32,000 nt of DNA. Source: Alphaproteobacteria bacterium (GTDB lineage: Bacteria; Pseudomonadota; Alphaproteobacteria; UBA2136). Location of the stretch: the NCBI GenBank assembly GCA_047635695.1, contig JBLILN010000006.1, positions 43,089 to 75,088 of the forward strand, given 5' to 3'. This document shows, one piece after another, positions 8,002 to 15,875 of the stretch; position 1 is the stretch's first letter; every line of letters begins with the position of its first letter. Position numbers and translations under genes: made by a program. The notes below the pieces were generated by a model. The model had not been told where the DNA came from, did no database searches, and saw nothing but the letters and a program-made list of their open reading frames with translations.

Positions 8002-8145
8002 ATGTCGTCATAAAGTTATGACATCAATTTTTTAGCGCTTGAGGGCGTAGATAAAGGTTTGCTTTCATATAGGTCATTGAAGATGATAAATTATATCTTT
8101 TATTGCGCGCGCCTAGCAAGATAGGTAAGAAATAAAATAGGTGAT

Positions 8146-9213
8146 TTAGCGTTTCAGTGCATATATGAAAGCGACAACCTTTGCAACGGCTTCATATAAA
8201 TCAAGCGGAATTTCTTCGTTAATTTCGGCTTCTGCGTAAAGTTTCCTGGCCAGCGGCGGGTCTTCGTACATAGGAATATAATGCTCTGCCGCAATTTCAC
8301 GGATACGCAAAGCAATAGTATCCACCCCCATGGCCACAACTCTTGGTGCTTGTTCTTTTTCTTTATCATAACGCATGGCAACGGCGTAATGGGTGGGGTT
8401 TGTTACCACCACGTCGGCAGTAGGAATTTCCTGCATCATACGAGCTCTTGCCCTGTCCATACGAATTTGACGTTGGCGCCCTTTAATGTGCGGGTCACCT
8501 TCGGTGTCTTTATATTCGTCCTTCATTTCCTTGCGGCTCATACGCTGCTCTTTGGTGTATTGCGCTTTTTGAAACATAAAGTCCACCACCGCCAAAATAA
8601 AAACGACGGAAAGTACAGCCAGTAACAAACGAATAATTACCGTTTCAACCGTTGTGGCTAAGTCCATCACTGTTTTACCAATAAGGCTTATAAATTCCTC
8701 ACCATGGGCAGTTAAAACAAAGTAAATAATGGCACCAATAACCACCATTTTAGCAAAAGATTTTAAAAACTCTGCAAATGACTTGATGCTAAACATACGC
8801 TCTAAGCCCTTTATAAGGGATATTTTTGATAATTTGGGTTTAATAGGTTCAACAGTTAACATCCAGCCGTTTTGTATAAAACCACCTAAATATGCAAAGA
8901 TCATCAATAACGCAAAGGTTGGTGCTAAAACTTGTGCGAGTTCAAGTACCATATAAAGCATGCTATCACCCAGCATCGCCTTGTCAGAAAGGCGTTTAAC
9001 ACCCAATTCGCTGAAGGTGCCGCCAAACAAGTTCAGTAAACGTTCCCAAGCAAATCGTAATGTTGTGACCAGCGCTAATAAAATAGCAAAAAGGACAAAA
9101 AAGTTATTCACCTCTTTGCTTTTGGGTACGTTACCTTGCTCTTTCGCCTTGGAGAGCTTCCGCTCGCTGGGTTCCTCGGTTTTTGAGCTTTTATCTTCAT
9201 CATCATCAGCCAT
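8146..9213 (-). CDS. flhB: Flagellar type III export protein FlhB
   Basis: 355 aa. N-terminal KTEEPSERKLSKAKEQGNVPKSKE, four TM segments, and the NPTH autocleavage motif (VVVTNPTHYAVAMRY). Confidence 0.92.
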   Translation of the reverse strand: MADDDEDKSSKTEEPSERKLSKAKEQGNVPKSKEVNNFFVLFAILLALVTTLRFAWERLLNLFGGTFSELGVKRLSDKAMLGDSMLYMVLELAQVLAPTFALLMIFAYLGGFIQNGWMLTVEPIKPKLSKISLIKGLERMFSIKSFAEFLKSFAKMVVIGAIIYFVLTAHGEEFISLIGKTVMDLATTVETVIIRLLLAVLSVVFILAVVDFMFQKAQYTKEQRMSRKEMKDEYKDTEGDPHIKGRQRQIRMDRARARMMQEIPTADVVVTNPTHYAVAMRYDKEKEQAPRVVAMGVDTIALRIREIAAEHYIPMYEDPPLARKLYAEAEINEEIPLDLYEAVAKVVAFIYALKR

Positions 9214-9406
9214 AAACGCAGTTTAACGGAAATGACACCGATTTGCATTTTATTTTTTGATAGACAGCTTAGTACTCATAAACACCTACATTTTTATGAA
9301 GAGGTAGATAAGGTTGCCTAGTTAATTATTTTAGCCGTGAAGGCTATAATTCATAGCTGATACTGTGAAAAAAATAAAATAGGCAATCTTAGATGCTTCT
9401 TCAAGT

Positions 9407-9422
9407 TGGCATGGTATATGCA
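9407..9422 (+). promoter_or_regulatory. Sigma-54 (-24/-12) promoter for flgB-flgC-fliE
   Basis: TGGCATGGTATATGCA has GG and GC at the consensus spacing, 37 nt upstream of the flgB ATG. The core is nearly the same as the flgF promoter (TGGCAYGGTWYATGC). Confidence 0.6.
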
Positions 9423-9458
9423 ATATAGACAGTGGGAGAATAAAACTGGGAGAATACC

Positions 9459-9833
9459 ATGCCGCAAAACGTGCACATGTCATTGAAACATAGAATGAAC
9501 TACTTGATAGAGCGCCAAGGCGTTGTTTCAGGTAACATTGCCAACGCATCAACACCTGGCTATTTAGCGAAGGACATTTCCTTTGAAAAGCTTGTGCAAA
9601 GCAATGGCATGAAGATGTCTAAAACATCTGGCGCTCACCTTACAGGTAAAATAACAGGCGGCGACCATAAAATGACAACCAGCACTGACGGTATTCGTCA
9701 TGACGGTAACTCTGTTAAAATGGATACAGAAATGCTTAAACTCCAAGAAATTCAAATGCACTATCGTTTAGCAACACAGCTTTACAAGAAACAAGTTGGG
9801 TTCCAAAAAATGGCGCTTGGCCGTAGTCAATAA
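9459..9833 (+). CDS. flgB: Flagellar proximal rod protein FlgB
   Basis: 124 aa. Rod motif QGVVSGNIANASTPGYLAKD. First gene of the flgB-flgC-fliE order. Confidence 0.88.
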   Translation: MPQNVHMSLKHRMNYLIERQGVVSGNIANASTPGYLAKDISFEKLVQSNGMKMSKTSGAHLTGKITGGDHKMTTSTDGIRHDGNSVKMDTEMLKLQEIQMHYRLATQLYKKQVGFQKMALGRSQ

Positions 9834-9847
9834 GGGAGAAATGAACC

Positions 9848-10255
9848 ATGGATTTAATGAAATCAATCGGCGTTAGTACAAGTGGCATGAACGCACAGAG
9901 TGCACGTATGCAGGTCATTTCTGAGAATATTGCCAATGCGGAATCGATCGTCACAGAAAATGGTGGTCCCTACCGTCGCAAACTTATCACATTCGAATCG
10001 ATGGTTAATCGCCAAACGGGGCTTACAGAAGTGCAGGTTAAAAACATTAAGTCTGACTACGAAACACCACTGAATTATGAGTACCAGCCTCACCATCCGC
10101 TTGCTGACTCAAAAGGTTTTTTAGCGAAACCAAACGTCAGTACACTCATTGAAAAGGTCGACATGCGTGACGCAGCTCGTGCCTATGAGGCCAATATGGC
10201 GGCTATTGAATCTGCTAAGGCAATGATGGTAAAATCATTAGACCTACTCAAATAA
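9848..10255 (+). CDS. flgC: Flagellar proximal rod protein FlgC
   Basis: 135 aa. SGMNAQSARMQVISENIANAES near the N-terminus and RAYEANMAAIESAKAMMVKSLDLL at the C-terminus. Confidence 0.92.
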   Translation: MDLMKSIGVSTSGMNAQSARMQVISENIANAESIVTENGGPYRRKLITFESMVNRQTGLTEVQVKNIKSDYETPLNYEYQPHHPLADSKGFLAKPNVSTLIEKVDMRDAARAYEANMAAIESAKAMMVKSLDLLK

Positions 10256-10281
10256 ACAATAAGTAAGGGGAAGCATATATC

Positions 10282-10575
10282 ATGAAAATTGAAGGTTTAC
10301 TAAATAGCACACTGGGTGGTTCAACATCTCTTAGTGGTAAGACACCATCAACAGGAAACGCCTTTGGCGACATGGTGACAAAAGCCCTGACAAAAACAGC
10401 CGATGCACAAAAACAGTCTGAAGCCATGACACAAGCTGCGGCTTCTGGTGAAAATGTGCCCATGCACGAAGTTATTCAAGCTGTCGGTGACGCTGAACTT
10501 ACATTGCAAACCATGCTCACCGTACGTGACAAAGCCATTGAAGCTTACCAAGAAATATTGCGTATGCCTATTTAG
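10282..10575 (+). CDS. fliE: Flagellar hook-basal body protein FliE
   Basis: 97 aa. C-terminal MHEVIQAVGDAELTLQTMLTVRDKAIEAYQEILRMPI is typical of FliE. Confidence 0.88.
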   Translation: MKIEGLLNSTLGGSTSLSGKTPSTGNAFGDMVTKALTKTADAQKQSEAMTQAAASGENVPMHEVIQAVGDAELTLQTMLTVRDKAIEAYQEILRMPI

Positions 10576-10598
10576 CCATTTTCGCGTTTTAATTTAAA

Positions 10599-10627
10599 GT
10601 ACTCTACTTAGGTAGGGTGCTTTTTTT
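10599..10627 (+). terminator. Intrinsic terminator after fliE
   Basis: GTACTCTAC-ttag-GTAGGGTGC forms a 9-bp stem with two G-U pairs, followed by T7. Confidence 0.7.
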
Positions 10628-10719
10628 ACACATAGAGTCTACGAATGAGCATCAAACACTTGTCAGATAAGGCATCTATCCGTATAGTTTAATTTTTATA
10701 AATAAATGGAGCCTCATCT

Positions 10720-11481
10720 ATGAAAAAATTAATCATAACCGCATTGTTCGTACTGACATCTATGCCAGTATGGGCAGATGATGTTCAAAAACCATGGAGC
10801 TTTGCCCTCGGTGCCTTTAGCCATATTAGCCCCGACTATATGGGATCGGGCAATTATGAAGGTGGTGTTTCACCCTATTTTGATGCCACATACCAGTGGG
10901 ATAATCACAAAAACTATGTATTCTTACGTTCAAATGGTGGCCTTGGCGTGCAAACACGCGTCGGTCAAGCCATTGTGGGGACGTCACTTGGTTACCGTGG
11001 TGGCCGAGAACGCGAAGAAAATACAGTTCTTGCAGGGATGGACGGTGTCGATGATACAGCCACTGCCAACCTTTTTTGGCGCTATGGCCACAACCAATAT
11101 AATGGCGGTATTAATCTTTCAAAAGGGTTGAACGGCGCTAATAACGGCCTTGTTATAGCGGCAAACATTGGTTGTAACTGCAAATTAAGCGAAAAATTAA
11201 CAGGTTCAGCATCGTTTAATGCTGCGTGGGCTGACGACACATACATGAACGATTATTTTGGCGTAAACGCCAGTGAAGCGACAGCATCGAGACGTGCCTA
11301 TAAAGGCAGTAAAGGCCTTTTAAACTATGGTGTTAACTTTGGTTTAAGCTACAAGCTGCAAGAAAAACAGCATATCTCAATCGGCTCAGGATTAAGTAAA
11401 ATAGCCAAAGCCGACGACAGCCCAATTGTAGAAGAAGAAATACAAGCACGCCTGAGTATTGGTTATATTTATAACTTTTAA
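10720..11481 (+). CDS. MipA/OmpV-family outer-membrane protein
   Basis: 253 aa. Signal peptide ending VWA. WSFALGAFSHISPDYMGS... resembles the MipA family N-terminus. Alternating beta-strand pattern with a C-terminal ...GYIYNF. Confidence 0.7.
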   Translation: MKKLIITALFVLTSMPVWADDVQKPWSFALGAFSHISPDYMGSGNYEGGVSPYFDATYQWDNHKNYVFLRSNGGLGVQTRVGQAIVGTSLGYRGGREREENTVLAGMDGVDDTATANLFWRYGHNQYNGGINLSKGLNGANNGLVIAANIGCNCKLSEKLTGSASFNAAWADDTYMNDYFGVNASEATASRRAYKGSKGLLNYGVNFGLSYKLQEKQHISIGSGLSKIAKADDSPIVEEEIQARLSIGYIYNF

Positions 11482-11555
11482 GGCTATATTAAAAATGTTA
11501 TAAAAAGGTTATGCGTACACGCGTAACCTTTTTTACCTTTTACAGGAGGCATTGT

Positions 11556-12125
11556 ATGCCCTTACTTCAGCTTAAACTCATTGATTTTTTAAATGACATG
11601 GCAGACCCCCGAAAAGACGCCCTGCTCAATATTTACACCGATTACAATGATATTTTCCATTTTGCCGCAGGATCAAGCAGCAAACACCAAGCCTGGCAAG
11701 GTGGCTACGCCGACCATATCGCAGAAATTTTGCGTATTAACCGCGCCACTTATCAAGCCCTTTCAAATATACGCCCCTTACCTTTTACAGAGGACAGCGC
11801 CCTTATTGCCCTTTTTTTTCATGATATGGAAAAGCCGTTCAAGTATGGCCCAAAAGATAATACCCTATGTAAAAATTGGCATGAACACATGAAACATAAC
11901 AAACTAAACTGGCACCAAGTTAAAGATAAAATTTTAGATGAAATGCAAAAAGATTATCATTTCAAATTCTCCAGCGACGAATTGAACGCTCTTCAATACA
12001 CCCACGGTGAAGGTGATGACTACAGCCCAAAAAAACGTATAGCAAGCCCTTTGGCGGCACATGTACACCACTGCGACAACACCTCGGCACGCATTTGGCA
12101 TAGTGAGGGCAAAGGTTTAAGTTAA
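11556..12125 (+). CDS. HD-domain phosphohydrolase-like protein
   Basis: I moved the start to the ATG at 11556, which has an AGGAGG RBS 7 nt upstream; the track ORF starts at 11511. His/Asp metal motifs: HQAWQGGYADH, FFHDMEKP, HVHHCDN. Confidence 0.55.
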   Translation: MPLLQLKLIDFLNDMADPRKDALLNIYTDYNDIFHFAAGSSSKHQAWQGGYADHIAEILRINRATYQALSNIRPLPFTEDSALIALFFHDMEKPFKYGPKDNTLCKNWHEHMKHNKLNWHQVKDKILDEMQKDYHFKFSSDELNALQYTHGEGDDYSPKKRIASPLAAHVHHCDNTSARIWHSEGKGLS

Positions 12126-12130
12126 TCGAC

Positions 12131-12160
12131 AAAAAAAAGCACCCTAACAGATGCTTTTTT
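12131..12160. terminator. Possible A/T-flanked bidirectional terminator between convergent genes
   Basis: aaaaaaaaGCAccctaacagaTGCttttttt. The GC core is only 3-4 bp and the stem relies on A-U extension. Confidence 0.3.
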
Positions 12161-12177
12161 TACGCTATAGCTGTGCG

Positions 12178-12501
12178 CTACGGTAGTTCGCTTGCAATAC
12201 TTTCAACAATGTCATCATAGTTGCTGGCACGGGTCATGTCACCACCGTCACCGTCAATGTTCAAAGCATGTTCACCTAAAATATCCATATCATGTGACAT
12301 AAGAAGCAAAAAAGCCATAAAAAGCTTATCTTCATCGGCATCCGTATCCTGGTTAAACTCTTTAATAATGGCAAAACCGTCTATAGGTTCTGCTAATTTT
12401 TTAACACGCTGAGCGGTATCTAAAAAAAAGTCTTTTGATATTGATATGCCGTCATTGGATTGAGAATCTTTTAAAAGATCAACGTTTATAGGATTAATCA
12501 T
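12178..12501 (-). CDS. Small acidic cytoplasmic protein, unknown function
   Basis: Start placed at MINPINV (12501), which has a GGAGG RBS 8 nt upstream; the track ORF starts 5 codons earlier. 107 aa, rich in Asp/Glu, with no TM segment. Confidence 0.5.
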   Translation of the reverse strand: MINPINVDLLKDSQSNDGISISKDFFLDTAQRVKKLAEPIDGFAIIKEFNQDTDADEDKLFMAFLLLMSHDMDILGEHALNIDGDGGDMTRASNYDDIVESIASELP

Positions 12502-12681
12502 AATGATAACCTCCAAAGGTTATGGTTGCCCATAGAGGGGCATCGGGGGGTGTAAAAAGGTGTTTTGTGGTGCGTTGCGGGTTAAATTAGCCCTGCACAT
12601 TTAAAAGTTAAAGAAAGATTTTTTATTATAAAAAACAAGCTAACACGGCCGTAACCCCTTGTCAATATGAGATACAGCCAT

Positions 12682-12711
12682 AAAAAAAACACCTCAAAAG
12701 AGGTGTTTTTT
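12682..12711. terminator. Bidirectional intrinsic terminator
   Basis: aaaaaaaaCACCTCaaaaGAGGTGtttttt. On the minus strand it follows the 13012 small gene. Confidence 0.7.
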
Positions 12712-12769
12712 CGTGATCGTTAAAGGCTATATATCATCATTATCGTCTTGTGTTTCATAAACACCTTGC

Positions 12770-13012
12770 TTACGTAAAACCTTGGCACGGTTGGCCATAA
12801 TATAAACAAACCAAGTGACTAAATACCCACTCTTTTAAAAAGTAAGAAACAGATCCTACAATGCCATTGCCAACAGCTTTACCCGTGGCGCCAACGGCAT
12901 TAGCAGCAGTACTACCTACCTTTGAAGCGGTTGACTTAGCAGGAACTGTCTCTGTTGTATTTTCAGGGTTTTCTATACTCTGTGCATCAGAGCCATTATT
13001 TTTATCAGACAT
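12770..13012 (-). CDS. Small Gly/Ala/Thr-rich protein with hydrophobic C-terminus; possible frameshift at a T5A4 run (alternative end 12727)
   Basis: 80-aa ORF with a GGAGG RBS 8 nt upstream. After the codons ...tac ttt tta aaa gag (T5A4 run, 12835-12843), the +1 frame reads SGYLVTWFVYIMANRAKVLRKQGVYETQDDNDDI* and stops about 20 nt before the terminator. Confidence 0.45.
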   Translation of the reverse strand: MSDKNNGSDAQSIENPENTTETVPAKSTASKVGSTAANAVGATGKAVGNGIVGSVSYFLKEWVFSHLVCLYYGQPCQGFT

Positions 13013-13065
13013 ATAAATGTCCTCCAGTGGTAGAAAAAAGAAAGAAGTGAATTTACAGTTTAAAC

Positions 13066-13383
13066 TTAACCTGGGCTTCGACCATGAATGCCACTGCGTT
13101 TGCAGTTACATTTCGGTACATGACCAGCGCTAAGAGTATTTGTAACCCTTTGAGTGCCATGGCGCTCATACCAAAGTATATCTGGATATAACTGAAACGG
13201 TATAATCGTCCCCATCATTGCCAACAGCATCGTCAACAGCCGCCAACCAGAAAAAGAGGTGGGGTAAACAGCCATATATACAATTAAACAAATAAGTGTA
13301 AAAAGAGAAGCCACGCCAATAATAATACATAAGCGTTTTGCCCAGATAGTTTTCCAAGTTTGAAATTTATCATCAGTGGACAT
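13066..13383 (-). CDS. Small two-TM membrane protein, unknown function
   Basis: Start placed at MSTDDKF (13383), which has a GGAGG RBS 6 nt upstream. It has two hydrophobic helices and a basic Cys-containing tail. Confidence 0.5.
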   Translation of the reverse strand: MSTDDKFQTWKTIWAKRLCIIIGVASLFTLICLIVYMAVYPTSFSGWRLLTMLLAMMGTIIPFQLYPDILWYERHGTQRVTNTLSAGHVPKCNCKRSGIHGRSPG

Positions 13384-13400
13384 AAGCCACCTCCATGAAG

Positions 13401-13676
13401 TTAAGGATTTTCCCAAGTTTTAACGCTTGAGCGTTTTGCATTTGCACGGATTTTTTTAAAGTCAGATTTGAAATATCCTAATTTTTCATAGGATATAAAC
13501 TCAAGGCAGACATAAAAAAAGCAGGGTGCGGCCACAAAGCCTAAGTAAAACATGTAATTTAAAGAGCCCAAAGCAGCAAAAACACCTAATAAAAGGCTTA
13601 GTAATGATACCACAAAGAGTGAACGCTTTATAACACGTGTAATTTTTGTCCCGTAAGGACGTTTATTTGAATTCAT
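13401..13676 (-). CDS. Small two-TM membrane protein, unknown function
   Basis: The ORF is open to 13718; the start is probably MNSNKRPYG (13676). The topology matches the downstream gene: basic N-terminus, two helices, basic tail. The two genes are 17 nt apart. Confidence 0.45.
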   Translation of the reverse strand: MNSNKRPYGTKITRVIKRSLFVVSLLSLLLGVFAALGSLNYMFYLGFVAAPCFFYVCLEFISYEKLGYFKSDFKKIRANAKRSSVKTWENP

Positions 13677-13994
13677 AAGAATTTTCCAAAAAGGTATAGT
13701 AAAGATATTTCCTATCAACCTTATGTATACATACGAAGCGCTTTAATTTCAAGCCTTTTAAGGCAAAAAAATGCAAAAATACTTAAAAAATGCAGGGCAT
13801 TACGCCCCAAAGTTTAAATTCGATGTATTTAGCGCTTGGCTAAAGGTTTTGGATATATTCATCCACTGTTTCTATAAAGCTTATAACTTCAGCCGATATG
13901 GTTTTACTGCAAGCGTAATATCAAGGTCAAAATTATGATTTAATTGTTAGGCAGCTCTGAATCATCAGGATGACATTATAGTAGATGAAAATAG

Positions 13995-14003
13995 CCCCCC
14001 CCC
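13995..14003 (+). repeat. Homopolymeric C9 tract in intergenic DNA
   Basis: Counted directly: 9 consecutive C flanked by aaaatag and ttttt. This is the fourth C9 tract in the window. Confidence 0.9.
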
Positions 14004-14095
14004 TTTTTAGATGCACCGAAGAATAGGTGATATCGGGCGTATGTTTTTGGTGAGACAGATGGAAGTTGGCACTGCCAATGACATTTACTGAAACG

Positions 14096-14121
14096 AAAAA
14101 GGCGCCCGTGAGCGCCTTTTT
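14096..14121. terminator. Bidirectional intrinsic terminator ending the atpB-atpE-atpF operon
   Basis: aaaaaGGCGCccgtgaGCGCCttttt, 24 nt downstream of the atpF stop on the minus strand. Confidence 0.8.
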
Positions 14122-14144
14122 CAATAACTTAAACGAAGTAAAGT

Positions 14145-14636
14145 TTAGTTCATTTCCTTTAAAGCTTCGTCTGCAAATTTACCTGCAGATTTAGCGTCCA
14201 TAAGGTTACCAACTACTTTTTCTGTTGCTTCTAAAGTAAGTGCAACAACTTCTTTACGTAGGTCAGCCATAGCATTGTTTTTAGCTTGCTCGATGCTCAT
14301 CGCCGCGGCTTTCGATTTACGGCTAATGTCGCTTTCAAGCTCACTTACACGCTTCGCTGCTAACTCGTCGGCATCTTTGCGGGCATGTGCCACAATGTCA
14401 GATGCTTCTTGCTGAGCTGTTTTCAACTGCTTTTCGTATGTACGAAGCATTTGTTCTGCTTCGTTTTTAAGCGTTGAAGCGCGGTCCAAGTCCTCACGGA
14501 TTTGTGTTGCACGTGCGTCGAGCGTGCTGTTTAAACTCGGCAGAAGAAACTTCCAGATCACTGATAAAATAATCGCAAAAGCAACGGCTGTCCAGAATAA
14601 TTGTGACTCTAAAAAGAGCGAGTTAAAAAAGTCCAT
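14145..14636 (-). CDS. atpF: F0F1 ATP synthase subunit b
   Basis: 163 aa. It has an N-terminal TM helix followed by a long charged helix (REDLDRASTLKNEAEQMLRTYEKQLKTAQQEA...). It sits after atpE. Confidence 0.85.
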   Translation of the reverse strand: MDFFNSLFLESQLFWTAVAFAIILSVIWKFLLPSLNSTLDARATQIREDLDRASTLKNEAEQMLRTYEKQLKTAQQEASDIVAHARKDADELAAKRVSELESDISRKSKAAAMSIEQAKNNAMADLRKEVVALTLEATEKVVGNLMDAKSAGKFADEALKEMN

Positions 14637-14659
14637 GGTTTTATACCTAACGTTTTAAA

Positions 14660-14887
14660 TTATACAACAAAGATAAGAATCATTGCGATCGCAAAAGCGA
14701 AAATAGCAATAGCCTCGACAACGGCGAAACCGAACATCAAGATACCTTTAAGATTTTTTTCCATTGATGGTTGGCGAGCAACAGCGTTAAAGTAGCTACC
14801 GAAAACGTTACCAAGACCAATACCAGCACCGATCATACCTGAAGCCGCTAGACCAGCGCCAACATATTTAAGAACTTCCATTTCCAT
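14660..14887 (-). CDS. atpE: F0F1 ATP synthase subunit c
   Basis: 75 aa. Gly-rich helix 1 (GAGLAASGMIGAGIGLG), an ARQP loop, and the carboxylate in helix 2 (FAVVEAIAIF). Confidence 0.93.
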   Translation of the reverse strand: MEMEVLKYVGAGLAASGMIGAGIGLGNVFGSYFNAVARQPSMEKNLKGILMFGFAVVEAIAIFAFAIAMILIFVV

Positions 14888-14989
14888 AATTATATATTCC
14901 TTTTATATTATGTTTTGTTACAGATGATGCTGTAACTCATATTTTTAAAAGCCTTCTGCACAGGGGAGAACGCACTTTTAAAAATGCCT

Positions 14990-15742
14990 TTAGTGCATAT
15001 TCAATGCGTCGTTCAAATACACACATGTAAGCAGTGTGAAAATGTACGCCTGCATTGCTGCAACAAATACTTCAAGTGCTGTAATACCTATGAGACCTGC
15101 AAAAGGTAACACAGAAAATATACCGACAAGAATACCAGAGCCAAGCATCATGGTAATAAAGTAAGCAAACAACTTAACAACAATGTGACCCGCCATCATG
15201 TTTGCACAGAGACGAATAGCCAGTGTAAATGGTCTTACGAAGAATGAGAGCACTTCGAGGACAACAATAAACGGCATCATCCACATAGGGATGCCCGCTG
15301 GCGTAAAGAGCTTAAGAAACTTCAGGCCATGTGTTGCAAAACCAATAACAATCACGCTTAGGAAGATGAAAAATGACATAAACCCAGTGATATAAATTTG
15401 TGATGTTGATGTAAATGAACCCGGTACCATACCCGCCAAGTTAATTACCAAGAGGAAAAGAAAAAGTGTGAAGATAAAAGGCATGTATTTTACGCCTTTT
15501 GCGCCTGCACTGTCTTTAAGCGTACCTAAAATAAGGTCGTGTACCATTTCAAGCATAGCTTGCCCACGGCCTGGTACTGTTTTCAACCTTGTGGAAGCAA
15601 TAAGCAATACCAATGAAAGTGTACCAATAATACCAAGCATCCAAATGCTTTGGTTTGTTATGGAAATATCAACACCCATCAGGTTCAAGTTCACAATTTC
15701 ATGAATTTGGAACTGGTGTACTGGATCAATCTTTGTACTCAT
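14990..15742 (-). CDS. atpB: F0F1 ATP synthase subunit a
   Basis: 250 aa, polytopic, with the conserved Arg motif LAIRLCANMMAGH. Confidence 0.92.
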   Translation of the reverse strand: MSTKIDPVHQFQIHEIVNLNLMGVDISITNQSIWMLGIIGTLSLVLLIASTRLKTVPGRGQAMLEMVHDLILGTLKDSAGAKGVKYMPFIFTLFLFLLVINLAGMVPGSFTSTSQIYITGFMSFFIFLSVIVIGFATHGLKFLKLFTPAGIPMWMMPFIVVLEVLSFFVRPFTLAIRLCANMMAGHIVVKLFAYFITMMLGSGILVGIFSVLPFAGLIGITALEVFVAAMQAYIFTLLTCVYLNDALNMH

Positions 15743-15830
15743 ATTCTCTTTTTTTTCCTTAAAAAACTTATAATTAGTTTTGTTTTACCATATTGGAGCA
15801 AAAAGTCAATATCCATTTAACCTCTAAAGC

Positions 15831-15858
15831 AAAAAAAAGAACCCCAAAATGGGGCTCT
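15831..15858 (-). terminator. Intrinsic terminator after the S49 peptidase gene, upstream of atpB
   Basis: The minus strand reads AGAGCCCCattttGGGGTTCT followed by T8. The same stem has an A-C mismatch on the plus strand. Confidence 0.7.
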
Positions 15859-15875
15859 TTTATATCGAGGTGCTT

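Noticed and set aside
11511-11555. Upstream extension of the HD-protein ORF (MRTRVTFFTFYRRHC)
   Set aside because: The AGGAGG RBS sits within it, 7 nt before the ATG at 11556. The extension is probably untranslated.
12224-12240. Sigma-54-like TGGCACGGGTCATGTC
   Set aside because: The -12 element reads TGT rather than TGC. The site lies inside a minus-strand CDS with no plus-strand gene downstream.
13933-14124. 63-aa minus-strand ORF covering the C9 tract and the atp terminator
   Set aside because: It starts inside the terminator hairpin, reads the C9 tract as RGG, and has no RBS.
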